Both the position numbers and the translations under genes were made by a program. From the IMG/VR virus record IMGVR_UViG_3300014039_000004: DNA of 64,000 nt, one strand, 5' to 3'. Source of the DNA: a virus. A model generated the notes under the pieces. The model was not told the origin of the DNA. It did no database searches and worked only from the letters and a program-made list of their open reading frames with translations. Of the stretch, positions 28,379-37,993 are shown piece after piece; the first letter of the stretch is position 1, and each line of letters begins with the position of its first letter.

Positions 28379-29446
28379 CTAAGCACTAGCTAAAGAATAA
28401 GCATCTATTAATGCTTTATTCATAGCTCTATTAGCTCCCCCGTAAAGAAGTGAATCTACTCGTTTTTCACCACTCATATCTACTACATTAGAATAATAAC
28501 CTGTTATAGCATTATATGCTCCCCAAGCAGTATTTCTAATATCATGTTGACCTATTCCATCATGATAATAAGAAAAAATCTTGTTAATAGTATTTATTTT
28601 ACGAGAACTAATATTAGTTACTTCTTTAATTGTATAGTCATTTAATAATAGTCTTTCATATCCTCGTTTACTATCATAAGCATTTAAATCTTCAATTTCT
28701 TTGTTAGTAAGTTGTGTATTAGCAATATATTTCATTACAGCTTCATCACTCATACCAATACATAAAAGACTATTATATAATTGTTCTGTATTTTTAGCAT
28801 ATTCACAGGCTATTCTTAATATTTGAGCACCACTTTCAAGTTTTTCTTTAGCTCCCACAGTATGCTTAATTCTGATATAAGCATCAGCTCCTTTTAAAGC
28901 ACTATTAAGCATGTTTGTACAAATAACTCTTATAGGAGTAAACAAAATATTAATAGATGTACTTCCATCATGACTACTACCAAATACAAGATAGTTATCT
29001 ATTTTATCTTTACCTACAATAGTTTCTGTTGGAAGTTTAGCACTAATAAATATTTTATGTCCATGACCAAAATATCCAGCAGTATCCCAAACAGCTTTAT
29101 CTTTTCCAATAGCATCATTAAAGAAAGCAAAAGCATCTCTATTTTGAACTACTTCATATTTATCTTTAACAATACCTAAAGGAATATTATAATCTGTTCT
29201 ATATGTAGCATAAGCATTATCACAATCTCGATAAATATTACCTTTATAGGCAAAACTATCTTTATTATTAACATCATTATTACCTTTTATATTAAAAGGC
29301 ATTTTAGCTACAAGATTACACTTTTGAACATTAAAATTAAGACCTGCTGCTTCAATAGCTTCTTGTGCAGTAGTACATTTAGAAACATCTTTTCCTATAC
29401 CACTTCTCCAAGGAAGTCCTTTAACATTATACTCCATATTGTTCAA
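28379..29446 (-). CDS. DUF932-like phage/plasmid protein
   Basis: 355 aa. The segment FGSSHDGSTSINILFTPIRVICTNML matches my memory of the DUF932/TIGR03299 family core. The C-terminus contains motif copy M6. Confidence 0.5.
   Translation of the reverse strand: MNNMEYNVKGLPWRSGIGKDVSKCTTAQEAIEAAGLNFNVQKCNLVAKMPFNIKGNNDVNNKDSFAYKGNIYRDCDNAYATYRTDYNIPLGIVKDKYEVVQNRDAFAFFNDAIGKDKAVWDTAGYFGHGHKIFISAKLPTETIVGKDKIDNYLVFGSSHDGSTSINILFTPIRVICTNMLNSALKGADAYIRIKHTVGAKEKLESGAQILRIACEYAKNTEQLYNSLLCIGMSDEAVMKYIANTQLTNKEIEDLNAYDSKRGYERLLLNDYTIKEVTNISSRKINTINKIFSYYHDGIGQHDIRNTAWGAYNAITGYYSNVVDMSGEKRVDSLLYGGANRAMNKALIDAYSLASA
28434..28450 (-). repeat. G-run motif copy M6 (reverse, variant)
   Basis: gctcccccgtaaagaag, inside CDS 28379..29446, where it is read as LYGGAN. 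Confidence 0.85.
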
Positions 29447-29882
29447 TTTTTATATTATACTTTTTTAAAAGTTTAATACCATCATCTTTACGATATTTAT
29501 CAAGATATACAACTCGTTTAATACCTGCTTGAATAATAAGTTTAGCACAATCAATACAAGGAGAATGAGTTATATAAAGAGTAGTATTTTTTGTAGCAAT
29601 ACCATCTTTTGCACATTTTAAAATAGCATTAGATTCAGCATGTAAAACTTCATCTTTAGTTTTAAAGTATTTACAATTTCTACAAAATTTAACTTCGGTA
29701 CAATTATCAATACCTTTAGTACATGTTTCACATGTATTATTAAAACCACTAGGAGTACCATTATAACCATCAGATATAATATGATTATCTTTAATTATAA
29801 CAGCACCTACTTTAAGTTTAATAGCTGTACTTTGTTTAGCACATTGTACAGCTATATTAAGACAATATTTATCTATATCCAT
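29427..29882 (-). CDS. dCMP (deoxycytidylate) deaminase
   Basis: Zinc-binding motifs HAESNAI and PCIDCAKLI (HAE ... PCxxC). Confidence 0.9.
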   Translation of the reverse strand: MDIDKYCLNIAVQCAKQSTAIKLKVGAVIIKDNHIISDGYNGTPSGFNNTCETCTKGIDNCTEVKFCRNCKYFKTKDEVLHAESNAILKCAKDGIATKNTTLYITHSPCIDCAKLIIQAGIKRVVYLDKYRKDDGIKLLKKYNIKIEQYGV

Positions 29883-30068
29883 TTAAATAAAATCATAAAA
29901 TATAATACTATCATTATCTCCAATAACTGATTTAACAGTAATTTCAGATTCAGGTTCTGATTCAATAAGAACTTGAACAGGAACATTATCATTTTCACTA
30001 TTCATTTGTTCAACTAGATTTTTTAAATCTTTAAAAGTTAAACCATTTTTATTATCAATTCGTACCAT
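29883..30068 (-). CDS. hypothetical small acidic protein
   Basis: 61-aa ORF abutting the deaminase start. Confidence 0.55.
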   Translation of the reverse strand: MVRIDNKNGLTFKDLKNLVEQMNSENDNVPVQVLIESEPESEITVKSVIGDNDSIIFYDFI

Positions 30069-30071
30069 AAT

Positions 30072-30806
30072 TTATTTAATATTAATATTATTTTTAGTAA
30101 CTTTACTAGCATAATTAGGAAGTTTATTTTGTTGTTTTAAAGCAAATTTATCAATATTTGCTTTAGTATTAATTAAACTAGTATAATTAAGAATATCTTT
30201 AATAAGTAATTTTCCTTTATCTGTAGTAAGAATATCTTTAATATTTACATCAAAATTCAAATTACTACTTAAAGACAATAAATCATCTTTAGTAATTTTA
30301 TATTCTTCAGCAGTAAGACCTTGATTAATATAATTTATTATATCATCAATATTAAGTTCTTGTTGATTTTCAGTATTAGTATATCTAAGCCATTCAAAAT
30401 AACTAATTACTTTATTTATAGTATTATTTATTTTATCAGTATCTATATCAATAACTGTAGATTTTCTAATAGAACATTGTCCTGTTCCCCAATCAATATA
30501 TTGAACTCCATTTTTCTTAGTATCTCCAAAATTAATAATAGCTGTTACTAAAATATCTTTAAGTCTATTCATAGTAGACTCTTTACTTTTTTGAAGAGCA
30601 TTAAGTCTATTTTTTTCTTCTTTAATAGCATTAATATCTGTTTCAAATTGTTGAATTACTTTAGTATAATCTCTAACTTTAGTTTTAAAATTATCTTGTG
30701 TAATTTTAAGAGCATTTTCTAATTCAGGAGTTAATTCTCCATCATTATCTTCTATTTGTTCAAAAATAGAAAGAAGATTTTGTTGAATATCATAAATATT
30801 ATTCAT
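30072..30806 (-). CDS. hypothetical coiled-coil protein
   Basis: 244-aa ORF, tightly packed with its neighbours. No motif recognised. Confidence 0.65.
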   Translation of the reverse strand: MNNIYDIQQNLLSIFEQIEDNDGELTPELENALKITQDNFKTKVRDYTKVIQQFETDINAIKEEKNRLNALQKSKESTMNRLKDILVTAIINFGDTKKNGVQYIDWGTGQCSIRKSTVIDIDTDKINNTINKVISYFEWLRYTNTENQQELNIDDIINYINQGLTAEEYKITKDDLLSLSSNLNFDVNIKDILTTDKGKLLIKDILNYTSLINTKANIDKFALKQQNKLPNYASKVTKNNINIK

Positions 30807-30985
30807 ACTTCTACTATAGTTTCTATTTTAGTATCTGTAAACATCCAACTACATTCATCTATATTAAAACCATAAGATTCAAGTAATTGTTCACTTTCAA
30901 GTTTTTTATCTTTATCAGTAAGTTCTATTTGATAAATCATGCCTGTAGCATAATCTAAAATATAACAATATTTATCACCGTTCAT
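30803..30985 (-). CDS. hypothetical protein
   Basis: 60-aa ORF with a 4-nt overlap with the downstream gene. Confidence 0.5.
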   Translation of the reverse strand: MNGDKYCYILDYATGMIYQIELTDKDKKLESEQLLESYGFNIDECSWMFTDTKIETIVEV

Positions 30986-31169
30986 GTCCGTGTTCAGTAA
31001 AGATTCTAGTTTTATTTATTTTACCACAATTACTACATCTATTAATAATAACTTTACCAATAGGATTACCTTTTAAATCAGTAAAAATTTCTTCTTTATA
31101 AACTTCATATTTATGAAGTCCAAGAAGTTTACACCATACATTTTGATTCATATTCTTTAATTTTATCAT
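30975..31169 (-). CDS. hypothetical small protein with CxxC
   Basis: 64 aa, contains RCSNCGK. It overlaps both neighbours, so the start is uncertain. Confidence 0.45.
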   Translation of the reverse strand: MIKLKNMNQNVWCKLLGLHKYEVYKEEIFTDLKGNPIGKVIINRCSNCGKINKTRIFTEHGHER

Positions 31170-31404
31170 TTATAACTTTAGTTGATACAATACCTATAAA
31201 TCTTGTAATTTCTTCATGTTTATCATTAAACAAAATACTAGTAGGAAGACTTTTTATACTCCATTTATCAGCTTCATTAAAAATATCATCATCATCACAA
31301 GATTTAATATAAACATTACAATTAGGTGGATTATTATTTAATTGCTTTTTAAAAGCAGTACACATACCACACCAACTAGCAGTAAATACATCTAAATCAA
31401 GCAT
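31129..31404 (-). CDS. thioredoxin
   Basis: WCGMC active site and LPT cis-Pro motif. I place the start at the internal ATG 31404 (MLDLDVF...), because the track start at 31515 lies inside thyX. Confidence 0.8.
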   Translation of the reverse strand: MLDLDVFTASWCGMCTAFKKQLNNNPPNCNVYIKSCDDDDIFNEADKWSIKSLPTSILFNDKHEEITRFIGIVSTKVINDKIKEYESKCMV

Positions 31405-32281
31405 TTTTACTAAGATTTTTAGGATTGTAAAATTGATAACCACAATTTTCAAGTTCTTCTTTAACTTTAGATATAACATCTTTAGCATCAGGATGTGGTT
31501 TACCTGTAGAACCAAAATAACGAAGATTAATTATATGTCTCCAATCTTTAATAGTATAAGTATAAACTACAGTACTTATAGTATCAAGAAATAAACAAAA
31601 TCTTGCATCTTCTGGTTTAAGATTAAGACCATATTTACTTCTAGCTATTCTATAAAACCATTCATCAAGTTTACACATAATATTATATAGACATTTTCTA
31701 TAAATATTAGTATTAAACATCCAATGACATTTTTTAAATCGAATACCAATTTTCTTTGTAAAATCTACATATCTAGTACTTTGTTCAGCTATAGCATTAG
31801 GAGATTTACGATTAAGTTCACGAGTTATGTCAATACCTGTTTTAATAATAAAAGTATGATAAATTAAATCATGAAGATAAAATTCTTCAGTATTTTTAGC
31901 TGTATCATAATCAACTTCATATTTATTGATTTTATCAAATAACCTAATATAATCATATCTAGTTTGCATATTACAACTAAGATAAAGATTATAATTTGAA
32001 TAATAACTATTAAGATATGTTACAGGAATTTCAAGTATATTACGTCTTAATTCTTCATCATTTTTAATATCTTTAAAAGGTATAACAAAATATAATCCAG
32101 CATGACGAAACATACTTATATGACCTTTATTAAATAGTCTTTTACAAAAGTTGATATTACTTTGTGTATCATTTTTTATTCTATCAAGACTATTATAACA
32201 AACTCTAGCACAATATTCAATATGATTATAAGGATTAGAATTTTGTGGAATATATTCTACACTATTAGTTATTATTTTCAT
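31397..32281 (-). CDS. thyX: flavin-dependent thymidylate synthase (ThyX-like)
   Basis: GHISMFRHAGLYF (ThyX N-terminal block), QSTRY (the SxRY part of the ThyX motif) and a C-terminal LRY... block. Confidence 0.7.
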   Translation of the reverse strand: MKIITNSVEYIPQNSNPYNHIEYCARVCYNSLDRIKNDTQSNINFCKRLFNKGHISMFRHAGLYFVIPFKDIKNDEELRRNILEIPVTYLNSYYSNYNLYLSCNMQTRYDYIRLFDKINKYEVDYDTAKNTEEFYLHDLIYHTFIIKTGIDITRELNRKSPNAIAEQSTRYVDFTKKIGIRFKKCHWMFNTNIYRKCLYNIMCKLDEWFYRIARSKYGLNLKPEDARFCLFLDTISTVVYTYTIKDWRHIINLRYFGSTGKPHPDAKDVISKVKEELENCGYQFYNPKNLSKNA

Positions 32282-32564
32282 CTTGTTCTTTCTTTATTTT
32301 AATTTGACGAAGTTTTTCAGTACAAATATGAATAATCTTTTTATATTTAGTTTCTTCACTTTCACCTTCTTTATGTCTACCAATACGTTTAACTATATCA
32401 GCATCCCAAGGGTCAAGATTCCAATCAAGCCATATAGACCAAGGTTGTATAGTACGTTTACTATAATCACTTGCTCCTACATTATGTTCTCTTGAATTAA
32501 AAGTTTCTTTATTGATAATTCCAAGAGCTATAAGTTTATCAGCTAATTTATCATTAATTTCCAT
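32265..32564 (-). CDS. DUF3310-like protein
   Basis: 99 aa. The pattern SDY..x..IQPW...D..IVKRIGRHK resembles the DUF3310 pattern. Confidence 0.5.
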   Translation of the reverse strand: MEINDKLADKLIALGIINKETFNSREHNVGASDYSKRTIQPWSIWLDWNLDPWDADIVKRIGRHKEGESEETKYKKIIHICTEKLRQIKIKKEQDENNN

Positions 32565-32655
32565 ATTATTAATATTAGTTTTACAAAGTTAATTAAAATA
32601 ATTTAAAATATTACATTTCATATAATATTTTAATTTTTAATTTAAGCTCATAAAA

Positions 32656-32703
32656 TTATGTGGCTTTATAGTTAATCAGATTAAACTATAAAAAGCCACA
32701 TAA
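32656..32703 (-). terminator. long hairpin / internal terminator
   Basis: ttatgtggctttatagtt ... aactataaa(aa)gccacataa, about 18 bp with a 2-nt bulge. On the - strand it is followed by uuuu. It shares the 16-mer ggctttatagttaatc with nt 27077-27092. Confidence 0.55.
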
Positions 32704-32732
32704 CTAAAAAGAAGTATATTCTTATTAATTTA

Positions 32733-33164
32733 TTATTCATCTATAATATTATCGTTAGTCATTTTCTTGAAAATACTTTCAAAAGCATCAACTTCATCAT
32801 CAATAGTAGGTTGAAGAGCACCAAATGTTGTAGGATAACTTTTAAGAAGATTATGAAATTTCCATAGTCTCATATCATTACTATCACATTTAGCTATAAG
32901 TTCAAGTAATAAAAAACTAACAAGTTCTACATTATCATCAAATTGTTTTAATTCATCTTTAGTAAGTTTATCCATAGCACATACTCTAAAGTATTTACTA
33001 GTCCAAACTATACTATTCCATTCACGTTTTTCAGTAAAAGGTATTTTAACTTTAGCATCATTATGTTCATGAATCATTTTTGCAACAAGTTTACCTAAAG
33101 CACAAGCACCTACAATAAGAGTATTAGTGAATTGATTAAGATGTTCTAATTTATTTATACACAT
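32733..33164 (-). CDS. hypothetical protein
   Basis: 143-aa ORF. Its ATG is directly abutted by motif copy M7. Confidence 0.65.
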   Translation of the reverse strand: MCINKLEHLNQFTNTLIVGACALGKLVAKMIHEHNDAKVKIPFTEKREWNSIVWTSKYFRVCAMDKLTKDELKQFDDNVELVSFLLLELIAKCDSNDMRLWKFHNLLKSYPTTFGALQPTIDDEVDAFESIFKKMTNDNIIDE

Positions 33165-33181
33165 TTCTTCTACAGGGGAGC
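33165..33181 (+). repeat. G-run motif copy M7 (forward)
   Basis: ttcttctacaggggagc. It fills most of the 24-nt spacer and abuts the ATG at 33164. Confidence 0.9.
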
Positions 33182-33188
33182 TAATATA

Positions 33189-33542
33189 TTAAACATCTAA
33201 ATAATAAACAGTACTATCTGTATTATCTTCAATTAACTTAATATTGATATTTATAGGTTTAGTAATATTTTTAAGAGTAGTATATTTCCATATACTTCTT
33301 ACATTAATATTAAATCTACCAAAATTATCAATATTAGTAAGTTTACAAGATTTATTGATACATTTATCTGTAAATATTAAATAATAATTTGTAGTATCAT
33401 TATCTTTATTATATCTTTTACCAATATAATAATATTTACGTGTATTAAATTCTCTACTAAATAAACGATATTTACTAGGATAAATCCAAGTTTTAGTTTT
33501 ATCTATTTTTTCATTTACTACATCATATAATATTAGATTCAT
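33189..33542 (-). CDS. hypothetical protein
   Basis: The track ORF runs to 33617 but then overlaps the ligase by 74 nt. The internal ATG at 33542 lies 1 nt after the ligase stop. Confidence 0.55.
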   Translation of the reverse strand: MNLILYDVVNEKIDKTKTWIYPSKYRLFSREFNTRKYYYIGKRYNKDNDTTNYYLIFTDKCINKSCKLTNIDNFGRFNINVRSIWKYTTLKNITKPININIKLIEDNTDSTVYYLDV

Positions 33543-33543
33543 A

Positions 33544-34743
33544 TTAAATTTTAATATTAATTCCTTTAGCATGAAATGGTACTTGTTTAATACCACTTCG
33601 TTCTCTATATTCAACAAACATTAAATGACCAATATAAACTTCTTTATTTTTTAAAATATTTTCTTGATAATCTTGAGGTTTATTAAGAGTACATTCAAAT
33701 GTTTCATCATTAATATCATTTTTTAGAACAAATTTAGGAAGATGACTTCTTTTAATACCTTCAGGAATTATATCAATAATAGTAAAATAACCATCTGCAA
33801 TCTTTTTAAATTTAAGCATTGCATTATTACGTTTTCCACCAAATTGATAAGAAGTATTTTCTTCTCTAATAACAAGTCCTTCAAATCCTAAAGCAATATT
33901 AATGTCTCTTACTTCTATAGCTTTATCAATATTACTAATATAACTTTGAGGTAAAAGAACAAATTGTTTCTTATTATTAAGATGTTCTTCTTTAGTATTA
34001 AATTTACCTAAATAATCACTAAAAGAATATTCAAGTTTAGTATATCTAGCTATAGCAGACATACCTTCAATAACTAAATCATAACACCAAAATTGAAGTT
34101 GATAATGTTGAGGAAGTTCTATATTTTTAATAAAACTATTAATATCATTAATATTATAACCTGGAAGATATAATTCTCCATCAAGAGCTACATTTTCATC
34201 TATCATCATAATAAGTAAATCTCTTGGTATTTTTGGAAGAATATAATTATCAAGATATGAAAGTTTATTAGTCCAATCAATTCCAGTTCTACTACGATAA
34301 TTTAATATTATTTTATTAAATAAATCATTAGTTTTAGTAGCAGTAATTAGACATCGTTCACCATTAATTTTCCATTCTCCAAAATAATTACCTCTAAGAA
34401 AAGGTTTATTATTTTCAAGAGTTTTACAAAGCATTGGTATAAATGCTCCATTATTATCTGTATTATATTTAGGAAGATAAGTATCAAGATAACTTAGTAA
34501 TCCTTTTTCATAATTTAAATAATCAGGAGCATTATCATATAAATCACTTATAGCTTTATATCCTTCTCTTCGTTTAGCAGCTATTAAAGATGTAACTTCA
34601 TCTGTAATAGGTCTATTAGTATAAATAGTTTCTGTATGTCCTACTCTACCAACAAGACCATAAGTAACTTCTATAATCAAACCTGTTGTATTTATTTTCC
34701 AAAAGATAGGTTGTCCTTTAGCATTACGTTTAAATAATTCCAT
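33544..34743 (-). CDS. ATP-dependent DNA ligase
   Basis: Nucleotidyl-transferase motifs: WKINGER (KxDG-type motif I lysine), DGELY (III), EGLVIRE (IV) and AMLKFKK (V). Confidence 0.85.
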   Translation of the reverse strand: MELFKRNAKGQPIFWKINTTGLIIEVTYGLVGRVGHTETIYTNRPITDEVTSLIAAKRREGYKAISDLYDNAPDYLNYEKGLLSYLDTYLPKYNTDNNGAFIPMLCKTLENNKPFLRGNYFGEWKINGERCLITATKTNDLFNKIILNYRSRTGIDWTNKLSYLDNYILPKIPRDLLIMMIDENVALDGELYLPGYNINDINSFIKNIELPQHYQLQFWCYDLVIEGMSAIARYTKLEYSFSDYLGKFNTKEEHLNNKKQFVLLPQSYISNIDKAIEVRDINIALGFEGLVIREENTSYQFGGKRNNAMLKFKKIADGYFTIIDIIPEGIKRSHLPKFVLKNDINDETFECTLNKPQDYQENILKNKEVYIGHLMFVEYRERSGIKQVPFHAKGINIKI

Positions 34744-34744
34744 A

Positions 34745-35242
34745 TTATTTTATAGGTTTTATATTAATACTAAGATTATTTAATTTAGCAACTTTAGCTG
34801 TAAGTTTTCTTTCAGCAACAGATTGTTTTTTAGGTTTATCAAAACCTTCAATAACAGTTTGTGTATGTTTTATATTTTTTCTTTTAGTTTTAGTTTTAGT
34901 TTTATTTTTATCATATATTACAGGAGGATGAAGTTTTTCATATTCAAGATTATTAATATGAATACCTATAATTTTATTATAATAAGCATTTTGTTCTTTT
35001 TCGGTAAGACCATAATTTTCTATTAAATAAATTAATTGACTTATTCTATGTCTATAAAGCCAACTAATAGTTTGAACATAAGTTTTATCATCTTTCCATA
35101 TAATAGTACAATCAATAAGGTCTATTATAAATTTAATAGCATTATGAATACCTTTTTCTTCTACTTCATGTTTTAAAAAATTAATATGTACATTATCTAA
35201 AACATGAGTATATTTACCAATATTTTTACTAATATCAATCAT
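34745..35242 (-). CDS. hypothetical protein
   Basis: 165-aa ORF with a basic C-terminal tail, tightly packed with its neighbours. Confidence 0.65.
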   Translation of the reverse strand: MIDISKNIGKYTHVLDNVHINFLKHEVEEKGIHNAIKFIIDLIDCTIIWKDDKTYVQTISWLYRHRISQLIYLIENYGLTEKEQNAYYNKIIGIHINNLEYEKLHPPVIYDKNKTKTKTKRKNIKHTQTVIEGFDKPKKQSVAERKLTAKVAKLNNLSINIKPIK

Positions 35243-35709
35243 ATTACTTTTCTAAACAATACTATACGTTCAGGTTTACCTAAACATCCATGAGCAAATT
35301 GAGCAACTATAGCAGGATTCCAAGTTTCAGTCCAACCACATCGTCTTTCAGTAGAAGTACATGTATGTTCTTTATAATTATAACCATTACGAATATGTAT
35401 ACCACTAAATCCTGTTAAGTAATCTAAAAAATCAAAATCTTCAATATCATACATATCATCACTTCCAGTATTAAAATCTACTTGTCCATAACAATAAGTA
35501 TTATTAAGATTTATACTAAAATTTTGATTACCTCTTATTACATCAAGTTGTTTATTAGCATCAAGAAGTTTTTCCTCTTCTTTACTAATATAAGTCATAT
35601 ATAATAAAACAGTTTTTCTATTAGGTTCTTTATGACTACTAAGTAAATGGTAATCCTTCATAATAGGCATTGGTATCTGAAATGCCTGTTTTGTATTTAA
35701 GTTCAACAT
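35239..35709 (-). CDS. hypothetical protein (start uncertain)
   Basis: 156-aa ORF. Its 5' end overlaps the upstream gene by 71 nt, and internal ATGs exist. Confidence 0.55.
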   Translation of the reverse strand: MLNLNTKQAFQIPMPIMKDYHLLSSHKEPNRKTVLLYMTYISKEEEKLLDANKQLDVIRGNQNFSINLNNTYCYGQVDFNTGSDDMYDIEDFDFLDYLTGFSGIHIRNGYNYKEHTCTSTERRCGWTETWNPAIVAQFAHGCLGKPERIVLFRKVI

Positions 35710-36853
35710 ATCTTATAGTTTCTTTAATAAATTGATTAATTTCATTAATAGAATACTTATCGTGTAAATCAGCAAAATCTTTACAATCGTAATTATAAAG
35801 ACCTAATTCACCACGAGTAATAAATATGTATGGTATATTATAAGTTTCTTTTAAATATTTAGCACCATTTCTACCTGTATTATCAAAATCAAGTAAACTT
35901 AATATTATACCATTATCTTTAAGTTTATTTTTAAGCCATTGATATTCATTATCTTTAAGTTTATAATTTTCACTAGGAAGATTGATAATACCAATATTTA
36001 GTTTAGTATTAGCTCCCCCGTAGAAGAATATTTGACTTAAATGACTACCAATACTTAGTCTATCTTTTGTACTTTTTGTTATAAGAATATAATCATAATT
36101 ATCAAGTTCTAAATTAAGAAGTCCTTCTAAAACATTTGCATTAGTTACAAATTTAAGTTCAAGACTTCTATTACGTAAAGGAAAATATAGTTTAATAAGA
36201 TAAATACCTGTTCTAGTTTGACCTAACATATAAGCATAACACGGGTCTTTAGCTTTATAATAATATTTTGGTTTACTATTAACACTTCTATCTATATAAT
36301 ATTGGTCTACAGGTATTACAAAATGAGTATTAAGATAATTAAGAGAAATGTTCCATCTGTTCCATATTCTTTTATCATCTTTATTCCAACTACGAGGTAC
36401 TATTTCAATAATAGGCCTACGTTGTTTTGCTATTTTAATAGCACCTTTAATTAGTTCTGTTACATTTTCATCTGTTTCTTTATTATCAATAATATTACTA
36501 AAAGTATGAGCTATATGTTTTAGAATAAAATAAAAATCTTGTTTATTATTAGGTTCTATTTTTCTACCATAAGCTAATGATAATACATAAGCTACAGTAC
36601 CATAAACATCTTCAAAGAAACCAAAACCTCCAAAATCTCTAACTTTTAATCTACCTTTAGCATTATACTGAATACCCATACTTTTATTAGTATCATCATC
36701 CCTAAATACAGAATTAATAAGATGATTATTTTCAATACAATCTTTTACTATTTCAATAGGAATATCAAGATACTTACTTACTATTAATTCTTGTGAAACT
36801 TTAGATTCAATATAATCTTTAGTAAGATTTGTAGTATAAGGATTACGCTTCAT
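35639..36853 (-). CDS. Toprim-domain protein, putative DNA primase
   Basis: LLDFDNTGRNGAKYL (Toprim DxD block) preceded by ILITKSTKD. I prefer the internal ATG at 36853 (MKRNPY...); the track start at 36913 is also possible. It contains motif copy M8. Confidence 0.5.
   Translation of the reverse strand: MKRNPYTTNLTKDYIESKVSQELIVSKYLDIPIEIVKDCIENNHLINSVFRDDDTNKSMGIQYNAKGRLKVRDFGGFGFFEDVYGTVAYVLSLAYGRKIEPNNKQDFYFILKHIAHTFSNIIDNKETDENVTELIKGAIKIAKQRRPIIEIVPRSWNKDDKRIWNRWNISLNYLNTHFVIPVDQYYIDRSVNSKPKYYYKAKDPCYAYMLGQTRTGIYLIKLYFPLRNRSLELKFVTNANVLEGLLNLELDNYDYILITKSTKDRLSIGSHLSQIFFYGGANTKLNIGIINLPSENYKLKDNEYQWLKNKLKDNGIILSLLDFDNTGRNGAKYLKETYNIPYIFITRGELGLYNYDCKDFADLHDKYSINEINQFIKETIRYVELKYKTGISDTNAYYEGLPFT
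36012..36028 (-). repeat. G-run motif copy M8 (reverse)
   Basis: gctcccccgtagaagaa, inside the primase-like CDS, where it is read as FYGGAN. Confidence 0.9.
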
Positions 36854-36943
36854 AAGAAGATAGCATAAAAAAAAGGAGTTAGTATTACAAGTAACACTAA
36901 CTCCACGAAACAAAACAATAATCTATTTTCTACTAATAAAAAT

Positions 36944-37888
36944 TTAGAAAGGTGTATCTACTCCAAAAGGCATTTCTGAACCTGCGGCAGCAAAAGCATC
37001 AGTATTACCAGTGTCACCCATAGACATATTGCTAGCCATAACACCACCCATTCCTATAGGAGAACCTTGTACTCCAATAGTAGGAACTTTCTTAGTTTCT
37101 TTAGGTGTAATAGATTCTTTAGCAAGATCAAGTCGAAGTACTGAAGGAGGACAATCTCTCTTAATAATTTCAACTACACCACTACCAATAAATCCATCAA
37201 AACCTAAATCACCATTAGCGGTAACATTTACCCAATTAGTCTTAACTTTCTTATGTCTAAGTAATTTAAGCCAACAAGGAATCATTTTACCATCAACAGT
37301 CTTATAAACAGGCTTAGCAGTATCTCCATCTTTAAGATTAAAACTACCATTAAGCATAGCAGCAGTATTTTCAAAAATGTATTGATAAGCTGCAATTACA
37401 GTTTCAGGTTCAACTGCAATATATTCTCCAGCATCATTATAATCTTCAAAACTAAGACTAAGAGCCTCTTCTTCTGCTTCTGTTAATTCACGACCTTTAA
37501 GATAAAATACATCAAGAATATGCTTAATCCAATTAAACACATTATTAACTTTCCATTCTTCTTTACCTCCAGGAATAGTAAGAACATTACTTTCTACAGG
37601 AAATAAAGACTGATACACATGACGTCGCTCAGATACATTAGCATGATTAGATTCAAAATGAAATGTAAGACGAGGAACAGACATTCCTGGAAAAGACTTA
37701 GATTCTTCATTTGTAGACCATTGAACAAGAACTTCTTCAAGATGTCCTACAAACAAACCATTTTGAGCTGCATCTTTTTCATGAAATTTAAGTTGAGCAA
37801 CAGCTTGAGTTTTGTTACTTACACCTCTACGATGTTTCTTTGCAGCATTTTGCGCATTAATGGCTGCACCATTTGTGACTTCTGTCAT
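36944..37888 (-). CDS. hypothetical abundant-type protein, possible SSB
   Basis: 314 aa, visibly GC-richer with different codon use from its neighbours. The Gly/Met-rich tail ends in ..MPFGVDTPF, reminiscent of the acidic ..DIPF tip of SSBs. Confidence 0.35.
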   Translation of the reverse strand: MTEVTNGAAINAQNAAKKHRRGVSNKTQAVAQLKFHEKDAAQNGLFVGHLEEVLVQWSTNEESKSFPGMSVPRLTFHFESNHANVSERRHVYQSLFPVESNVLTIPGGKEEWKVNNVFNWIKHILDVFYLKGRELTEAEEEALSLSFEDYNDAGEYIAVEPETVIAAYQYIFENTAAMLNGSFNLKDGDTAKPVYKTVDGKMIPCWLKLLRHKKVKTNWVNVTANGDLGFDGFIGSGVVEIIKRDCPPSVLRLDLAKESITPKETKKVPTIGVQGSPIGMGGVMASNMSMGDTGNTDAFAAAGSEMPFGVDTPF

Positions 37889-37928
37889 AACTTAATTAAG
37901 TTTTATTTGTTTATTATTAGAGAAAATA

Positions 37929-37963
37929 AATGGGAGACCACTATTTATAAGTAATCTCCCATT
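37929..37963 (-). terminator. hairpin after gene 37994..38782
   Basis: 9-bp stem aatgggaga/tctcccatt. On the - strand it is followed by a U-rich stretch. Confidence 0.5.
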
Positions 37964-37993
37964 ATTAAGATTGTATTTAGGACAAGCTAATTA

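Noticed and set aside
31405-31515. N-terminal extensions of track ORFs: 31129..31515, 33189..33617, 49241..49684, 53333..53914 and possibly 35639..36913.
   Set aside because: The extensions overlap upstream genes, a tRNA-like element or conserved regulatory repeats. Internal ATGs give compact, non-overlapping genes.
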